Origin: Gammaproteobacteria bacterium
GTDB taxonomy: Bacteria > Pseudomonadota > Gammaproteobacteria > UBA4575
Direction: 5' to 3'
Assembly: GCA_965243395.1 (NCBI GenBank)
Contig: CBDEUS010000002.1
Span: 928,001-992,000 of the forward strand
Length of the DNA: 64,000 bases
Shown here: in pieces, positions 31,712 to 42,397 of the stretch
How positions within the stretch are numbered: position 1 is the stretch's first letter
Layout of the letters: each line of letters begins with the position of its first letter
Program-made: the position numbers and the translations under genes
Notes under the pieces: model-generated
The model's database searches: none
What the model was told of the DNA's origin: nothing
The model's input: only the letters and a program-made list of their open reading frames with translations

Positions 31712-34426
31712 ATGTTTCAAAAAATATTTGGTAGTCGCAATCAGCGATTAGTCAAGCAATATAGTAAGGCAGTTAAAAAAATTAATGATCTTGAGTCTTC
31801 ATATAAGGCTTTAGATGATCAGGCATTAAAAAATAAAACTCTTGAGTTTCGTGAACAGTTAAAAAATGGCACGAGTCTCGAAGCTATCCTTCCAGATGCA
31901 TTTGCTACTGTTCGAGAAGCTGCAATTCGAACTTTGGGCATGCGTCATTTTGATGTGCAGTTAATAGGCGGCATGGTACTTAATGATGGCAAGATTGCTG
32001 AAATGAGAACCGGTGAGGGTAAAACACTGGTAGCGACTTTACCAATCTATCTAAATGCCTTGACGGAAAAAGGTGCTCATGTTGTTACTGTCAATGATTA
32101 TTTAGCTAAGCGTGATGCTGAGTGGATGGGGGAGATCTATCGATTTCTCGGTTTGAAGGTTGGTGTCATCACGGGGGGCATGATGCATGAAGAGCGTAAA
32201 GAAGCTTATGCCGCGGATATTACCTATGGCACCAATAATGAATTTGGTTTTGATTATTTACGTGACAATATGGAATTTTCTATCGAAGGTTGTGTGCAGC
32301 GCGAACTTAATTTTGCTGTTGTGGATGAGGTGGATTCCATTTTAATCGATGAAGCACGCACGCCTTTGATTATTTCGGGTCCGACTGGTGAAAATTCCGA
32401 AATGTATATGGCAATTAATAAGTTGGTACCTAAGTTGATTGCACAAGAAGAAGAAGAGGGGCCGGGCGATTACAGCGTCGATGAAAAGAGCAAGCAAATT
32501 TTTCTTACCGAGGAAGGACATCAGCATATAGAAGAGATGCTTGTTGGGCAGAAGTTATTGGGTGAGGGCGAAACACTTTATGACACTGCAAATATAAGTT
32601 TATTGCATCATATTAATGCGGCATTACGTGCACATGCATTATTTCAAAAAAATGTTGATTATATTGTTAAGGAAGGCCAGGTCATCATCGTAGATGAATT
32701 TACCGGTCGAACTATGCCGGGACGACGTTGGTCCGATGGTTTGCACCAAGCTGTTGAAGCAAAAGAAGGCGTGAAAATTCAAAATGAAAATCAAACATTA
32801 GCTTCAATAACATTTCAAAATTATTTTCGTCTTTATGACAAGCTTTCAGGTATGACGGGTACCGCAGATACCGAAGCATTCGAATTTCAGTCTATTTATG
32901 GATTAGAGGTAGTCGTGATTCCAACTCACAGGGATATGGTCCGTGATGATATGGGCGATTTGGTTTATCTAACACTCAATGAAAAATACGATGCAATAAT
33001 CGACGACATAAAAGATTGTGTGCAGCGTGGTCAGCCAGTATTGGTAGGAACAACATCCATTGAGTCATCAGAACTTATTTCCAATGTATTAAAAAAATCT
33101 AATATTGAGCATCAGGTACTCAATGCAAAACAGCACGAAAAAGAGTCTCACATTATTGCTCAGGCAGGTCGACCGGGTACGGTTACGATCGCCACGAATA
33201 TGGCAGGTCGTGGTACTGATATTGTGTTGGGAGGAAGTTTAGATGCTGAGTTGCAGGCATTAGATGATGAAAGTAAAAACAATTCCAACATCGAAGATGT
33301 TAAAACAGAGTGGCAAAATCGTCATGATGCCGTGATAGATTCCGGTGGTTTGCATATTATTGGAACGGAAAGACATGAATCACGACGTATAGATAATCAG
33401 TTGCGTGGTAGGTCTGGCCGCCAAGGTGATCCGGGTTCAAGTCGTTTTTATCTATCCATGGAAGATAATTTAATGCGTATTTTTGCCTCCGATAAAGTCA
33501 GGGGATTGATGCAAAAATTAGGCATGCAACAAGGTGAGTCCATCGAGCATCCATGGGTATCAAAAGCCATTGAGAATGCACAACGGAAAGTTGAATCACA
33601 TAACTTCGATATTCGTAAACATTTATTGGAATATGATGATGTAGCCAATGATCAACGCAAAGTTGTTTATGAACAGCGACGTGACCTAATGCAAGAGGAA
33701 GATATTTCAGAGAACTTAGCGGCAATTCGTGAGGATGTTACTGAGGCAGAAATTAATCAATATCTACCACCTGGAAGTATGGATGAGCAATGGGATGTCG
33801 AAGGTCTAACGAATGCATTTAAAAGTGATTTTGGTTTAACGTTTCCTATTCAGCAATGGCTGGATGAAGATGACATGGTTGCCGAAGAAGAAATACGTGA
33901 GCGAATTCATGAACGAGTAGCAAAATTATTTCAGGAAAAACAAGATCGCATTGGTTCTGATGCCATGCGTCAACTTGAGAAAAAGTTTATGTTAGATGTG
34001 CTTGATCATCGTTGGAAGGAACATTTAGCGGGTATGGATTATTTGCGCCAAGGTATTGGCTTACGTGGATATGCACAAAAAAATCCGAAACAAGAATACA
34101 AACGCGAAGCCTTTGGTATGTTTCAAGAAATGCTTGAGCAAATTAAACATGAAACCGTGTCTTTAATTTCTAGAGTTGAACTGCCAACGCTTGAGGAAAT
34201 TAAAGCCATGGAAGCTGCTCAACGTGTACCTGAAAACATACAATATCAGCATGCCGAAGCGGATGATTTGCTGCATCCAGAACAGATACAAGAAGATGTA
34301 CCTCAAGCAGAAGAGCAAGTTAAACAACAGCCATTCAAACGCACAAACAAAAAAGTTGGTCGTAACGAGCCTTGTCCTTGTGGCTCAGGCAAAAAATATA
34401 AGCAATGTCATGGTAAGCTAACTTAG
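31712..34426 (+). CDS. secA: Preprotein translocase ATPase SecA
   Basis: [39 protein letters not shown]-terminal [18 protein letters not shown]. Confidence 0.98.
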   Translation: MFQKIFGSRNQRLVKQYSKAVKKINDLESSYKALDDQALKNKTLEFREQLKNGTSLEAILPDAFATVREAAIRTLGMRHFDVQLIGGMVLNDGKIAEMRTGEGKTLVATLPIYLNALTEKGAHVVTVNDYLAKRDAEWMGEIYRFLGLKVGVITGGMMHEERKEAYAADITYGTNNEFGFDYLRDNMEFSIEGCVQRELNFAVVDEVDSILIDEARTPLIISGPTGENSEMYMAINKLVPKLIAQEEEEGPGDYSVDEKSKQIFLTEEGHQHIEEMLVGQKLLGEGETLYDTANISLLHHINAALRAHALFQKNVDYIVKEGQVIIVDEFTGRTMPGRRWSDGLHQAVEAKEGVKIQNENQTLASITFQNYFRLYDKLSGMTGTADTEAFEFQSIYGLEVVVIPTHRDMVRDDMGDLVYLTLNEKYDAIIDDIKDCVQRGQPVLVGTTSIESSELISNVLKKSNIEHQVLNAKQHEKESHIIAQAGRPGTVTIATNMAGRGTDIVLGGSLDAELQALDDESKNNSNIEDVKTEWQNRHDAVIDSGGLHIIGTERHESRRIDNQLRGRSGRQGDPGSSRFYLSMEDNLMRIFASDKVRGLMQKLGMQQGESIEHPWVSKAIENAQRKVESHNFDIRKHLLEYDDVANDQRKVVYEQRRDLMQEEDISENLAAIREDVTEAEINQYLPPGSMDEQWDVEGLTNAFKSDFGLTFPIQQWLDEDDMVAEEEIRERIHERVAKLFQEKQDRIGSDAMRQLEKKFMLDVLDHRWKEHLAGMDYLRQGIGLRGYAQKNPKQEYKREAFGMFQEMLEQIKHETVSLISRVELPTLEEIKAMEAAQRVPENIQYQHAEADDLLHPEQIQEDVPQAEEQVKQQPFKRTNKKVGRNEPCPCGSGKKYKQCHGKLT

Positions 34427-34474
34427 ATGTCTAATCTGAGTTAATCAGATTTAAAATCAAAATCTATATTTCAC

Positions 34475-35692
34475 ATGGCTATTTCTCTACAAGCTCCAAC
34501 TAATTTACTGCCGATTGCTGGTATACGAATTGCTAGTTCATCAGCAGGTATAAAATATCAAAATCGTGATGATTTAGTGCTATTTGAACTTTGTGAGTCT
34601 TCTAATACCGCAGTTGTGTTAACTGAAAATCAATTCTGCGCCGCTCCTGTTACAGTCACTAGAGAGAATCTAGCAATTTGTAAGCCCAAATATTTAATAG
34701 TAAATTCTGGAAACGCCAATGCTGGTTTAGGTGGGAAAGGTATTGAAGACGCAAATAAAGCATGTGAAGCCATAGCATCGCAAGCTGATTGCCAAGCTGA
34801 AGAAGTTTTGCCTTTTTCAACTGGTGTAATCGGCGAGCCACTACCGGTAAAAAAAATCACTGATAAGGTTCAAGAACTAATTAAAAGCTTAAATGAAAAT
34901 TTATGGCTTGATGCAGCAAATGCGATTATGACGACGGATACAGTAGCAAAAGGATATTCTGAGCAACTTGATTTAGATGGAAATCGTGTTTCTATAACAG
35001 GTATTGCAAAGGGCGCAGGAATGATACGTCCTGATATGGCAACCATGCTTGCCTATGTGGCTACTGATTTAAAAATCGAAACTCCTGAATTGCAAATGAT
35101 TTTAAAAAATGCGGTAGACCAATCTTTTCACTGTATTACGGTTGATGGCGATACTTCAACGAATGATGCTTGCGCACTAATTGCCACTGGTAAATCGAGT
35201 ATAAAATTAGATGCATTATCAGAGCAGGCTAAAGAAAATTTTATTTCTGCATTGAATGCTATTTTTTTGAAATTAGCTCAAGCAATTATTAGAGATGGAG
35301 AAGGGGCTACAAAATTTCTGTCCATTAAAGTTGAACAGGCAACCAATGAAGTCATGGCACGAGATATTGCATTTGCAATTGCGCATTCACCTTTAGTCAA
35401 GACGGCAGCCTACGCAAGCGATCCAAACTGGGGTCGTGTTTTGGCTGCTGCAGGAAGAGGTTCAGATGAGGCTTTGGATATTGGAAAAATATCACTATTT
35501 ATCAATGAGTTACAGGTAATTGACGATGGAGAATTGGCTGAGAATTATAGTGAGGATTCTGGCCAAAAAGAAATGCAAAAGGATGAAATTCAATTTCTAT
35601 TACGATTAGGCCAAGGAGACGCAGAAAATACTGTGTGGACAACTGACCTTTCGTATGATTATGTGAAAATTAATGCTGAGTATCGTACTTAA
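34475..35692 (+). CDS. argJ: Glutamate N-acetyltransferase / ornithine acetyltransferase
   Basis: NSGNANA, STGVIG, KGAGMIRPDMATML autocleavage motif, DTSTND, DGEGATK, YVKINAEYRT. Confidence 0.96.
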   Translation: MAISLQAPTNLLPIAGIRIASSSAGIKYQNRDDLVLFELCESSNTAVVLTENQFCAAPVTVTRENLAICKPKYLIVNSGNANAGLGGKGIEDANKACEAIASQADCQAEEVLPFSTGVIGEPLPVKKITDKVQELIKSLNENLWLDAANAIMTTDTVAKGYSEQLDLDGNRVSITGIAKGAGMIRPDMATMLAYVATDLKIETPELQMILKNAVDQSFHCITVDGDTSTNDACALIATGKSSIKLDALSEQAKENFISALNAIFLKLAQAIIRDGEGATKFLSIKVEQATNEVMARDIAFAIAHSPLVKTAAYASDPNWGRVLAAAGRGSDEALDIGKISLFINELQVIDDGELAENYSEDSGQKEMQKDEIQFLLRLGQGDAENTVWTTDLSYDYVKINAEYRT

Positions 35693-35707
35693 TGTTTAAT
35701 TCTTTGG

Positions 35708-36673
35708 ATGAGTGATTTTTCAAATCAAAACTACACACATGTCGCAATTGGAATTATTCAAAATTCTAAACAACAAGTTTTAGTAAGTAGACGAAAAGCT
35801 GAATCTCATCTTGGCGGCTTATTGGAATTTCCGGGGGGCAAAGTAGAGAAGAATGAATCACCTACCGATGCGCTAAAGCGTGAACTATTTGAAGAACTCA
35901 ATATTGATGTTTTAGATATTACACCCTTAATTCAAATCCCCTATAGCTATCCGAATCGAAATGTATTGCTGGATACTTTTTTAGTAAATGAGTATCACGG
36001 TAATATTATCGCCAATGAAAAACAGGCCATAATGTGGGAGTCTGTATACTCCCTTGATGTAAAACAATTTCCAGTTGCAAATATAGGCATACTCAATGCG
36101 TTAAAACTACCAACACTTTTTGCAGTTACACCGGATTTTAGCGAGGATGTAGACTTTATTAGCCACTTCGTAGAAGTTATTTCTAATTCAAAAATTGAAA
36201 TTATTCAATTACGCTCCCATAGTTTGAATGATCAAGAATATGCAGCGCTTTTAGATAAATGTGTAAGGTTATGTAATAAAACTAAAGTTAAATTAATTGC
36301 TAATCGTATTGGTAAGATAGTAAAGCAGCCAGGTGCTGATGGCATACATTTGACGAGTAAAAAGTTACTTAGCACTCAAACTCGACCTTTAAGTAAGGAG
36401 TATTTGGTCGGGGCATCTTGCCATAATCTTCAGGAAATCGAACATGCTAATAAGTTAGGGCTAGATTATATTTTCATTGGACCTGTTATAGAGAAACAAC
36501 AAGACATATCTATGAAAACACTAGGTATGGATGGTTTTTCAGAATTGACTTTATCTAGCCAAATACCTAGTTACGCTATTGGAGGACTACAATTTGATGA
36601 TGTTGAAAAGAGTATTCTAAATGGTGGGCAGGGTGTTGCAGCAATACGTGCAATATGGAATACAAAGCAATAA
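35708..36673 (+). CDS. MutT-type Nudix hydrolase fused to a thiamine-phosphate-synthase-like TIM barrel
   Basis: EFPGGKVE..E....ALKRELFEE Nudix box, then GIHL, GASCHN, YAIGG, GVAAIR. Confidence 0.88.
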   Translation: MSDFSNQNYTHVAIGIIQNSKQQVLVSRRKAESHLGGLLEFPGGKVEKNESPTDALKRELFEELNIDVLDITPLIQIPYSYPNRNVLLDTFLVNEYHGNIIANEKQAIMWESVYSLDVKQFPVANIGILNALKLPTLFAVTPDFSEDVDFISHFVEVISNSKIEIIQLRSHSLNDQEYAALLDKCVRLCNKTKVKLIANRIGKIVKQPGADGIHLTSKKLLSTQTRPLSKEYLVGASCHNLQEIEHANKLGLDYIFIGPVIEKQQDISMKTLGMDGFSELTLSSQIPSYAIGGLQFDDVEKSILNGGQGVAAIRAIWNTKQ

Positions 36674-36690
36674 GAAGTTCGATTTTCAAA

Positions 36691-37476
36691 TTAAAAGCTG
36701 CAGCAAGCTAGCTTGAAATCAACATTAGTGTGAGATTGTTTAGGGGTAGAATTAGGGTTTTCTTGAGTCAAAAAACGAATTGAAAATCTGTGTTTACCAG
36801 CGCTGCATTCTGGGAAAAAATGGTTTTTCTTGTCGAGCGAAATTCGAATTAGTTGATTAGGTGCGTTTGGGTCTAAAGTTTGGTCATAAAAACCATTTTG
36901 CGCGGTCATTTCTTCAAATTGTGTGCTTGCCCGTATCAATTTTAATGCTCTGCCTACACTTTCTTGGGCCACTTCAAAGGGTGACATCCAATCTAATAAG
37001 ATATCTTTACGCTGATGAAATGGTAAACAAAGCCAGTGATGGTACTCTGGTAAATCAAAATCACACGTTCCACCTGGAATTACTGCGCGCTGTCGTATGC
37101 TATTTATAAAGTCATTTTCTTTTAAGTGGTTACCAATTTGTCCACGAACAGTATGTAGTTTATCGAATACTTTTTTATGTTTTGACAAAATTTCATTTAG
37201 TTTTTCAGTGTTGAGTTTAGGTTTACTTGCAAGTTGCTCTAACGCGTCAATTTGTCGTTTAAGTTCTTTCAAAAGTTCTTGTTTAAGGTCGCCACGTGAA
37301 ACTAAGCTTAAGATTTCAATTAAACTCAATAACGCCATGTGAGAATCTGAACTGGTATCTTGTTTAGCAAAAAAACAAAATCGGTAAGTCAATTGCTCAT
37401 AGCGTAGAAAAGTTCGCATTCTCTCGTTGAGAGGCTGCTCATAGCATATCTCATCTGTTTCTACATTATCGCTCAT
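36691..37476 (-). CDS. zapD: Cell division protein ZapD
   Basis: YEQPLNERMRTFLR, RGDLKQELLKEL, IPGGTCDFDLP, SAGKHRFSIRF. Confidence 0.93.
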   Translation of the reverse strand: MSDNVETDEICYEQPLNERMRTFLRYEQLTYRFCFFAKQDTSSDSHMALLSLIEILSLVSRGDLKQELLKELKRQIDALEQLASKPKLNTEKLNEILSKHKKVFDKLHTVRGQIGNHLKENDFINSIRQRAVIPGGTCDFDLPEYHHWLCLPFHQRKDILLDWMSPFEVAQESVGRALKLIRASTQFEEMTAQNGFYDQTLDPNAPNQLIRISLDKKNHFFPECSAGKHRFSIRFLTQENPNSTPKQSHTNVDFKLACCSF

Positions 37477-37487
37477 GGTTGATTTGA

Positions 37488-38081
37488 TTACATATTGAAC
37501 TGCGAGTACTTTTTATGTAATTCCCTGACTTTTTCTTTTATTTCTTCAATACTACCACTATTTTCGATCACATCATCAGCCGATGATAATCGAGTATTTC
37601 GGTCTACTTGAGTTGCGATAATGTTTTTAACATGTGACTCATCGCATTGATCACGCTTCATAACACGTGAGATTTGTTCTTCGACAGAACAATCTACAAC
37701 TAAGATTCTGTCCAAGAAATTAGTACGTTTAGTCTCTAATAATAATGGAATCACAACAATACAGTAATCTGTTTTGAGTTTGCTGATTTTGCGTTGAATT
37801 TCATTATAGACAAGTGGATGCAAGATGTTTTCTAGTTTAGTACGAAGGCTTGGTTCTGAGAATATTGCTTGTCTAAGCTGATCTCTTAAGAGTTGATTGT
37901 TATTGTCTACAAATTCATTCCCTAATTTTGAACCTATTTCATCAATTACCTGCTGGCTCTCAGTCAGCTCTTTAGAAATGACGTCAGCATCAATAATCGG
38001 AGTATTAAATAGTTGATGAAATAGATTTGATACCAGGCTTTTCCCGCAGCCAATTCCGCCTGTTAGACCTACAACCAGCAT
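37488..38081 (-). CDS. coaE: Dephospho-CoA kinase
   Basis: VGLTGGIGCGKS, IDAD, LHPLV, IPLLLE. Confidence 0.95.
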   Translation of the reverse strand: MLVVGLTGGIGCGKSLVSNLFHQLFNTPIIDADVISKELTESQQVIDEIGSKLGNEFVDNNNQLLRDQLRQAIFSEPSLRTKLENILHPLVYNEIQRKISKLKTDYCIVVIPLLLETKRTNFLDRILVVDCSVEEQISRVMKRDQCDESHVKNIIATQVDRNTRLSSADDVIENSGSIEEIKEKVRELHKKYSQFNM

Positions 38082-38097
38082 TGTTTGTTAAAGGCTT

Positions 38098-38874
38098 TTA
38101 TAGAGTTTTATCTAGATACAATGATATTAGTTGGTTACCGTATAACATTGTGACCCATCCTGCTACTGCTAGATAAGGGCCAAATGGGATGGGCTGGCTA
38201 CGTTCTTGAAGTTTGCTTACGATCATAATAATTCCAAATATAGCGCCAACAGCTGAGGATAATAAAATTATTAATGGCAGGCTTTGCCAACCTAACCACG
38301 CACCGAGTGCGGCGAGCAGTTTAAAGTCACCATAGCCCATGCCTTCTTTACCAGTGATAAGCTTGAATAAGTGAAATACTGACCACAAAGCTAAATAGCC
38401 AAAAATTGCACCTAAGACACTTGAGTTTAGATCTGTGTAAGTTGTAAATAAATTAAAACTAACCCCTAGCCATAGTAGCGGTAGGGTTAAATTATCTGGC
38501 AACAATTGAGTTTTAATATCAATTCCACTTAGTGCAATCAGGTACCAGGTAAGTATTACCCCTCCCAACCCTTGCCAGCTGAACCCAAATTTCCAAATAA
38601 CGACAGTTGTTAGAACTGCAGTAAGAAACTCAATACAAGGATATTGTGCCGAAATTTTTATACCGCAGTTGCTGCATTTACCTTTAAGAAATAAATAACT
38701 AATGATAGGTATATTTTCGATTGCCTTAATTTGGTGATTGCAGGCAGGGCAGTGTGACCTGGGTACGCTGAGATTATATTTAGGTAATGCTGATGGCTCT
38801 GCGTCTGGTGTTAAAAGTTCTTGGCATTCGCTTTTCCACTGACGTTCTAATATCACTGGGATGCGGTGTATCAC
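38098..38874 (-). CDS. pilD: Prepilin peptidase / N-methyltransferase PilD (true start probably further upstream)
   Basis: PRSHCPAC..GKCSNC Zn motifs, ID..TQLLPD, GMGYGDFKL, PFGPYL. The conserved N-terminal TM is encoded in frame upstream of the GTG at 38874 (see findings). Confidence 0.93.
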   Translation of the reverse strand: MIHRIPVILERQWKSECQELLTPDAEPSALPKYNLSVPRSHCPACNHQIKAIENIPIISYLFLKGKCSNCGIKISAQYPCIEFLTAVLTTVVIWKFGFSWQGLGGVILTWYLIALSGIDIKTQLLPDNLTLPLLWLGVSFNLFTTYTDLNSSVLGAIFGYLALWSVFHLFKLITGKEGMGYGDFKLLAALGAWLGWQSLPLIILLSSAVGAIFGIIMIVSKLQERSQPIPFGPYLAVAGWVTMLYGNQLISLYLDKTL

Positions 38875-39015
38875 AACGTTTAAAAAGCTGCCAATAAATG
38901 CGCCGATAATAAAACTATAAACAAGTAATAACGTTGTATTACCTGCTATATAATTTATTACAGTGCTGTCAAAAAAGTCTAAGATAGTATGACTAACTAT
39001 TGGTTTTTGAAAATT

Positions 39016-40242
39016 TTATACTACCGCTCCAAGCTTGAAGATTGGCAAATACATAGCGATAACTAGTCCACCAACTACTACACCAAGAATAGCCATAATG
39101 AGTGGCTCTAGAAGGCTGCTTAAACCATCAACTAGGTTATCTACTTCTTGCTCATAAAAATCAGCCACCTTGCTTAACATTTCATCCAACGAACCTGATT
39201 CTTCACCAATCGCTACCATCTGCACTACCATATTTGGGAATAGACCAGTTGATCGCATGCTTTGTTGTAGCTGTGTACCTGTAGCTACTTCGTCTTTCAT
39301 ACGTAAAGTCGCTTCTTGGAAAATCGCATTGCCTGTTGCACCTGCAACCGATTCCATTGCTTCAACTAGCGGGACACCTGCAGCAAACATGGTCGCTAAA
39401 GTTCGTGCAAATCGGGCTATTGCGGATTTTTCAAGTATTTGGCCAATGACTGGAATTTTAAGTGAGAATTTATCTAATCCACGTCTAAATGATGGAGAAC
39501 GACTTTTAGCATTAATGAATGCAAATATAATTACACCGACACCAAATAAAACCATCCACCAGTAGTTTTGCATGAATTCAGACAAGTTAATTACCATTTG
39601 TGTGAATGCTGGCAGATCTGCACCAAATCCTACGAATAACTCTTGAAACTGTGGAACTACGAATAACAAAAGAATACCAGATACTATAAAAGCTACTACT
39701 AAAACAGCTGTAGGGTAAAATAATGCTTTTTTAACCTTGCCTTTTAATTCTTCAGTTTTCTCTTTGTAGGTAGCAATTTTGTCAAGTAGTGTTTCCAGCG
39801 CACCTGATTGTTCGCCTGCATCTACCAAATTACAAAATAAGTCATCAAAATATTTTGGGTGCTTCTCAAGCGAGTGAGATAGGGCAGTGCCTGATTCAAC
39901 ATCATTTTTAATATTCATGATGAGGTCTTGCATTGCTGGTTTTTCATGGCCTCTACCAATAATTTCAAAAGCTTGAACGAGAGGTACACCAGCAGTCATC
40001 ATGGTCGCGAGTTGTCTTGAAAATATGGCAATATCTTTTGGAATTATTTTCTTACCTCTCCCGCCCAATAATGGTTTTGGTTTTTTCTTAACCTTAAGGG
40101 GATTGATGCCCTGCCTGCGAAGGTCTGCTTTTAATAGTATTTCATTGGAAGCTTGAGCTTCACCTTTAACTCGTGTGCCTTTGCGATCAACACCTTCCCA
40201 AACAAAAACGGTAGGTTGTGCAGTAGCTGTTGCAGTAGCCAT
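39016..40242 (-). CDS. pilC: Type IV pilus platform protein PilC
   Basis: FSRQLATMMTAGVPLVQ, AGEQSGALE, GEESGSLD, AMYLPIFKLGAVV. Confidence 0.96.
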   Translation of the reverse strand: MATATATAQPTVFVWEGVDRKGTRVKGEAQASNEILLKADLRRQGINPLKVKKKPKPLLGGRGKKIIPKDIAIFSRQLATMMTAGVPLVQAFEIIGRGHEKPAMQDLIMNIKNDVESGTALSHSLEKHPKYFDDLFCNLVDAGEQSGALETLLDKIATYKEKTEELKGKVKKALFYPTAVLVVAFIVSGILLLFVVPQFQELFVGFGADLPAFTQMVINLSEFMQNYWWMVLFGVGVIIFAFINAKSRSPSFRRGLDKFSLKIPVIGQILEKSAIARFARTLATMFAAGVPLVEAMESVAGATGNAIFQEATLRMKDEVATGTQLQQSMRSTGLFPNMVVQMVAIGEESGSLDEMLSKVADFYEQEVDNLVDGLSSLLEPLIMAILGVVVGGLVIAMYLPIFKLGAVV

Positions 40243-40246
40243 AAAT

Positions 40247-41965
40247 TTAGTCCTTTGTAACTCTATTTAATTCTTCAAGACTGAGTATTCCTTCACGTAC
40301 TTTGTTTAGCCCAGAAGCTCGTAAATCATTAAAACTTTCTTTCTTAGCTTGTTCAGCAAGTTGCATGGAATTACCATTTTCCATAATCAACGTCCCCATT
40401 TCCTCTGAAATTGATAGAACTTGAAAAATACCTGAACGCCCTTTATATCCTGTATTGTTGCATTGTTCACATCCACCTGCTTTATAGATTTTTAAATCAC
40501 CCAGTTCAGATTCTAAAAACCCTTCCTCAATCAATGCCTCTTTCGGCACATCATCTACCACTTTACATGGTTCACATAAGCGGCGTGCAAGTCGTTGCGC
40601 AATAATTAGTGTTACTGCAGATGCGATGTTATACGGCGGGACCCCCATATTAGCCAATCTAGTAAGTGTCTGAGGAGCATCATTAGTATGCAACGTGGAA
40701 AGGACTAAGTGGCCTGTTTGCGCTGCTTTAATAGCAATTTCTGCAGTTTCAAGGTCTCGAATCTCACCTACCATAATAATATCTGGATCTTGCCGAAGAA
40801 ATGCCCGCAGCGCCGAAGCAAAAGTAAGTCCTACTTTTGGATTTACGTTTACTTGGTTTACGCCTGGCATATTAATTTCAGCCGGATCTTCTGCAGTCGA
40901 AATGTTTCTATCAGCAGTGTTTAATATATTTAGACCTGTATAAAGTGAGACGGTCTTACCACTACCAGTGGGACCGGTAACTAAAATTAACCCATATGGT
41001 TTTGATAAAGCGCTTAGGTAAAGTTGTTTTTGATCTTCTTCATAGCCGAGAGCATCAATTCCCAATGTCGCGCTTGTAGGATCTAAGATACGTAATACAA
41101 TTTTTTCGCCAAATAATGTGGGGCATGTATTTACACGAAAATCAATGGCGCGCTTTTTTGAGAGTTGCATTTTAATGCGACCGTCTTGAGGTATACGTCG
41201 TTCAGAAATATCCAAGCGAGACATCACTTTTAAACGTGCCGAAATTCTGGGAGCTAGGTTTGTAGGAGGATTTGCAATTTCTTCTAATACGCCATCAACA
41301 CGGAATCGTACTCGATAAACTTTCTCATATGGCTCAAAGTGTATATCCGAAGCTTTTTTATTAATCGCATCTAGTAAGACTTTATTAACAAATCTAACAA
41401 TTGGTGTGTCATCAACATCTGAATCACCGCCATCATCTAAATCTTCTTCTCCTCCGCTAACTTCTAAATTATCTAGATCATCATCTAGTAAACCTTCCAT
41501 GTCGAGCGACTTATCGCCTAGTTCAAGTGCTTTTTCAATTACACTTTCTAGTTTGTCTTCTTCTACTAGTACAGCTTCAGTTGTAATTCCTGTATTGAAT
41601 TTAAATTCATCCAACGCAGCTAAGTTCATTGGATCAGAAATCGCTACAAATAATCGATTACCTCTTTTTTGCACAGGTAGCGCATGATGTTGGCGAATGA
41701 GTTTTTCAGGAACGATACTGCTTGGCAATGATTCCAGATCAAGTGTATTAATGTTTAAAAGAGGAATGCCAAATTCATTTGATGCAGAATGTGCCAGATC
41801 GCTAGCGTCTACTAAATCATTTTTTACAAGATAAGTAGTGAGAGCAATACCATTATCATGTGCCTCTTTTTGGGCATTAGCAGCGTCCTGTTCTGAGATA
41901 AACCCGTCATTGATGAGTCTTCTAGAAAGCCCACTTATTCTGATTGTAGAGGCGGCTGTTGCCAT
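40247..41965 (-). CDS. pilB: Type IV pilus assembly ATPase PilB
   Basis: ASDIHFEP, GPTGSGKT, LRQDPDIIMVGEIRD, STLHTN, tetra-Cys motif. Confidence 0.97.
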   Translation of the reverse strand: MATAASTIRISGLSRRLINDGFISEQDAANAQKEAHDNGIALTTYLVKNDLVDASDLAHSASNEFGIPLLNINTLDLESLPSSIVPEKLIRQHHALPVQKRGNRLFVAISDPMNLAALDEFKFNTGITTEAVLVEEDKLESVIEKALELGDKSLDMEGLLDDDLDNLEVSGGEEDLDDGGDSDVDDTPIVRFVNKVLLDAINKKASDIHFEPYEKVYRVRFRVDGVLEEIANPPTNLAPRISARLKVMSRLDISERRIPQDGRIKMQLSKKRAIDFRVNTCPTLFGEKIVLRILDPTSATLGIDALGYEEDQKQLYLSALSKPYGLILVTGPTGSGKTVSLYTGLNILNTADRNISTAEDPAEINMPGVNQVNVNPKVGLTFASALRAFLRQDPDIIMVGEIRDLETAEIAIKAAQTGHLVLSTLHTNDAPQTLTRLANMGVPPYNIASAVTLIIAQRLARRLCEPCKVVDDVPKEALIEEGFLESELGDLKIYKAGGCEQCNNTGYKGRSGIFQVLSISEEMGTLIMENGNSMQLAEQAKKESFNDLRASGLNKVREGILSLEELNRVTKD

Positions 41966-42009
41966 TGGGTATTTTGTGCTGAAAGTCGAGTAATTATCTG
42001 AATTTATAC

Positions 42010-42037
42010 ATGTTATCGGAAAGTATTAGCATGTCAA
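42010..42037 (-). promoter_or_regulatory. Candidate sigma70 promoter for pilBCD-coaE-zapD
   Basis: Minus strand TTGACA-16 nt-TAACAT, about 45 nt upstream of the pilB ATG. Confidence 0.55.
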
Positions 42038-42397
42038 ACTGTAGCGCACTTTAAGCCGCTAGAGTGCTCGGTATGCGGGATAACCGTGATTAAAAAAGCA
42101 TTGTATTTTGTGGTGAATCTACAAATTTACCTTAATAAACCCGAGTGGTATATAAATTAGGATAACTGGCATTTTTTGCCAAATAGTTAAATTTAGATGG
42201 CGATCAAATGTCTGAACAATAGTCCAAGCTTTGAAGACTAAATCCAACCGCCAATGGCCTAATAAATTTTAATTTAGCATAGCTACTTAGATCTGCATTA
42301 TTAGAACGGTTTTGCTATTCACATACAGCTTTAGTGAATGTAATAAAATATTCCACGAATCTAACCATGTCGAAAATTATTATTAATAATTTATTGT

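Noticed and set aside
35708-36673. Nudix-ThiE fusion as a novelty
   Set aside because: This fusion after secA-argJ is already common in beta- and gammaproteobacteria.
42008-42045. Possible sigma28 promoter (CCGATAA) upstream of pilB
   Set aside because: Spacing to a TAAA-like -35 is wrong; the overlapping TTGACA-16-TAACAT sigma70 reading fits better.
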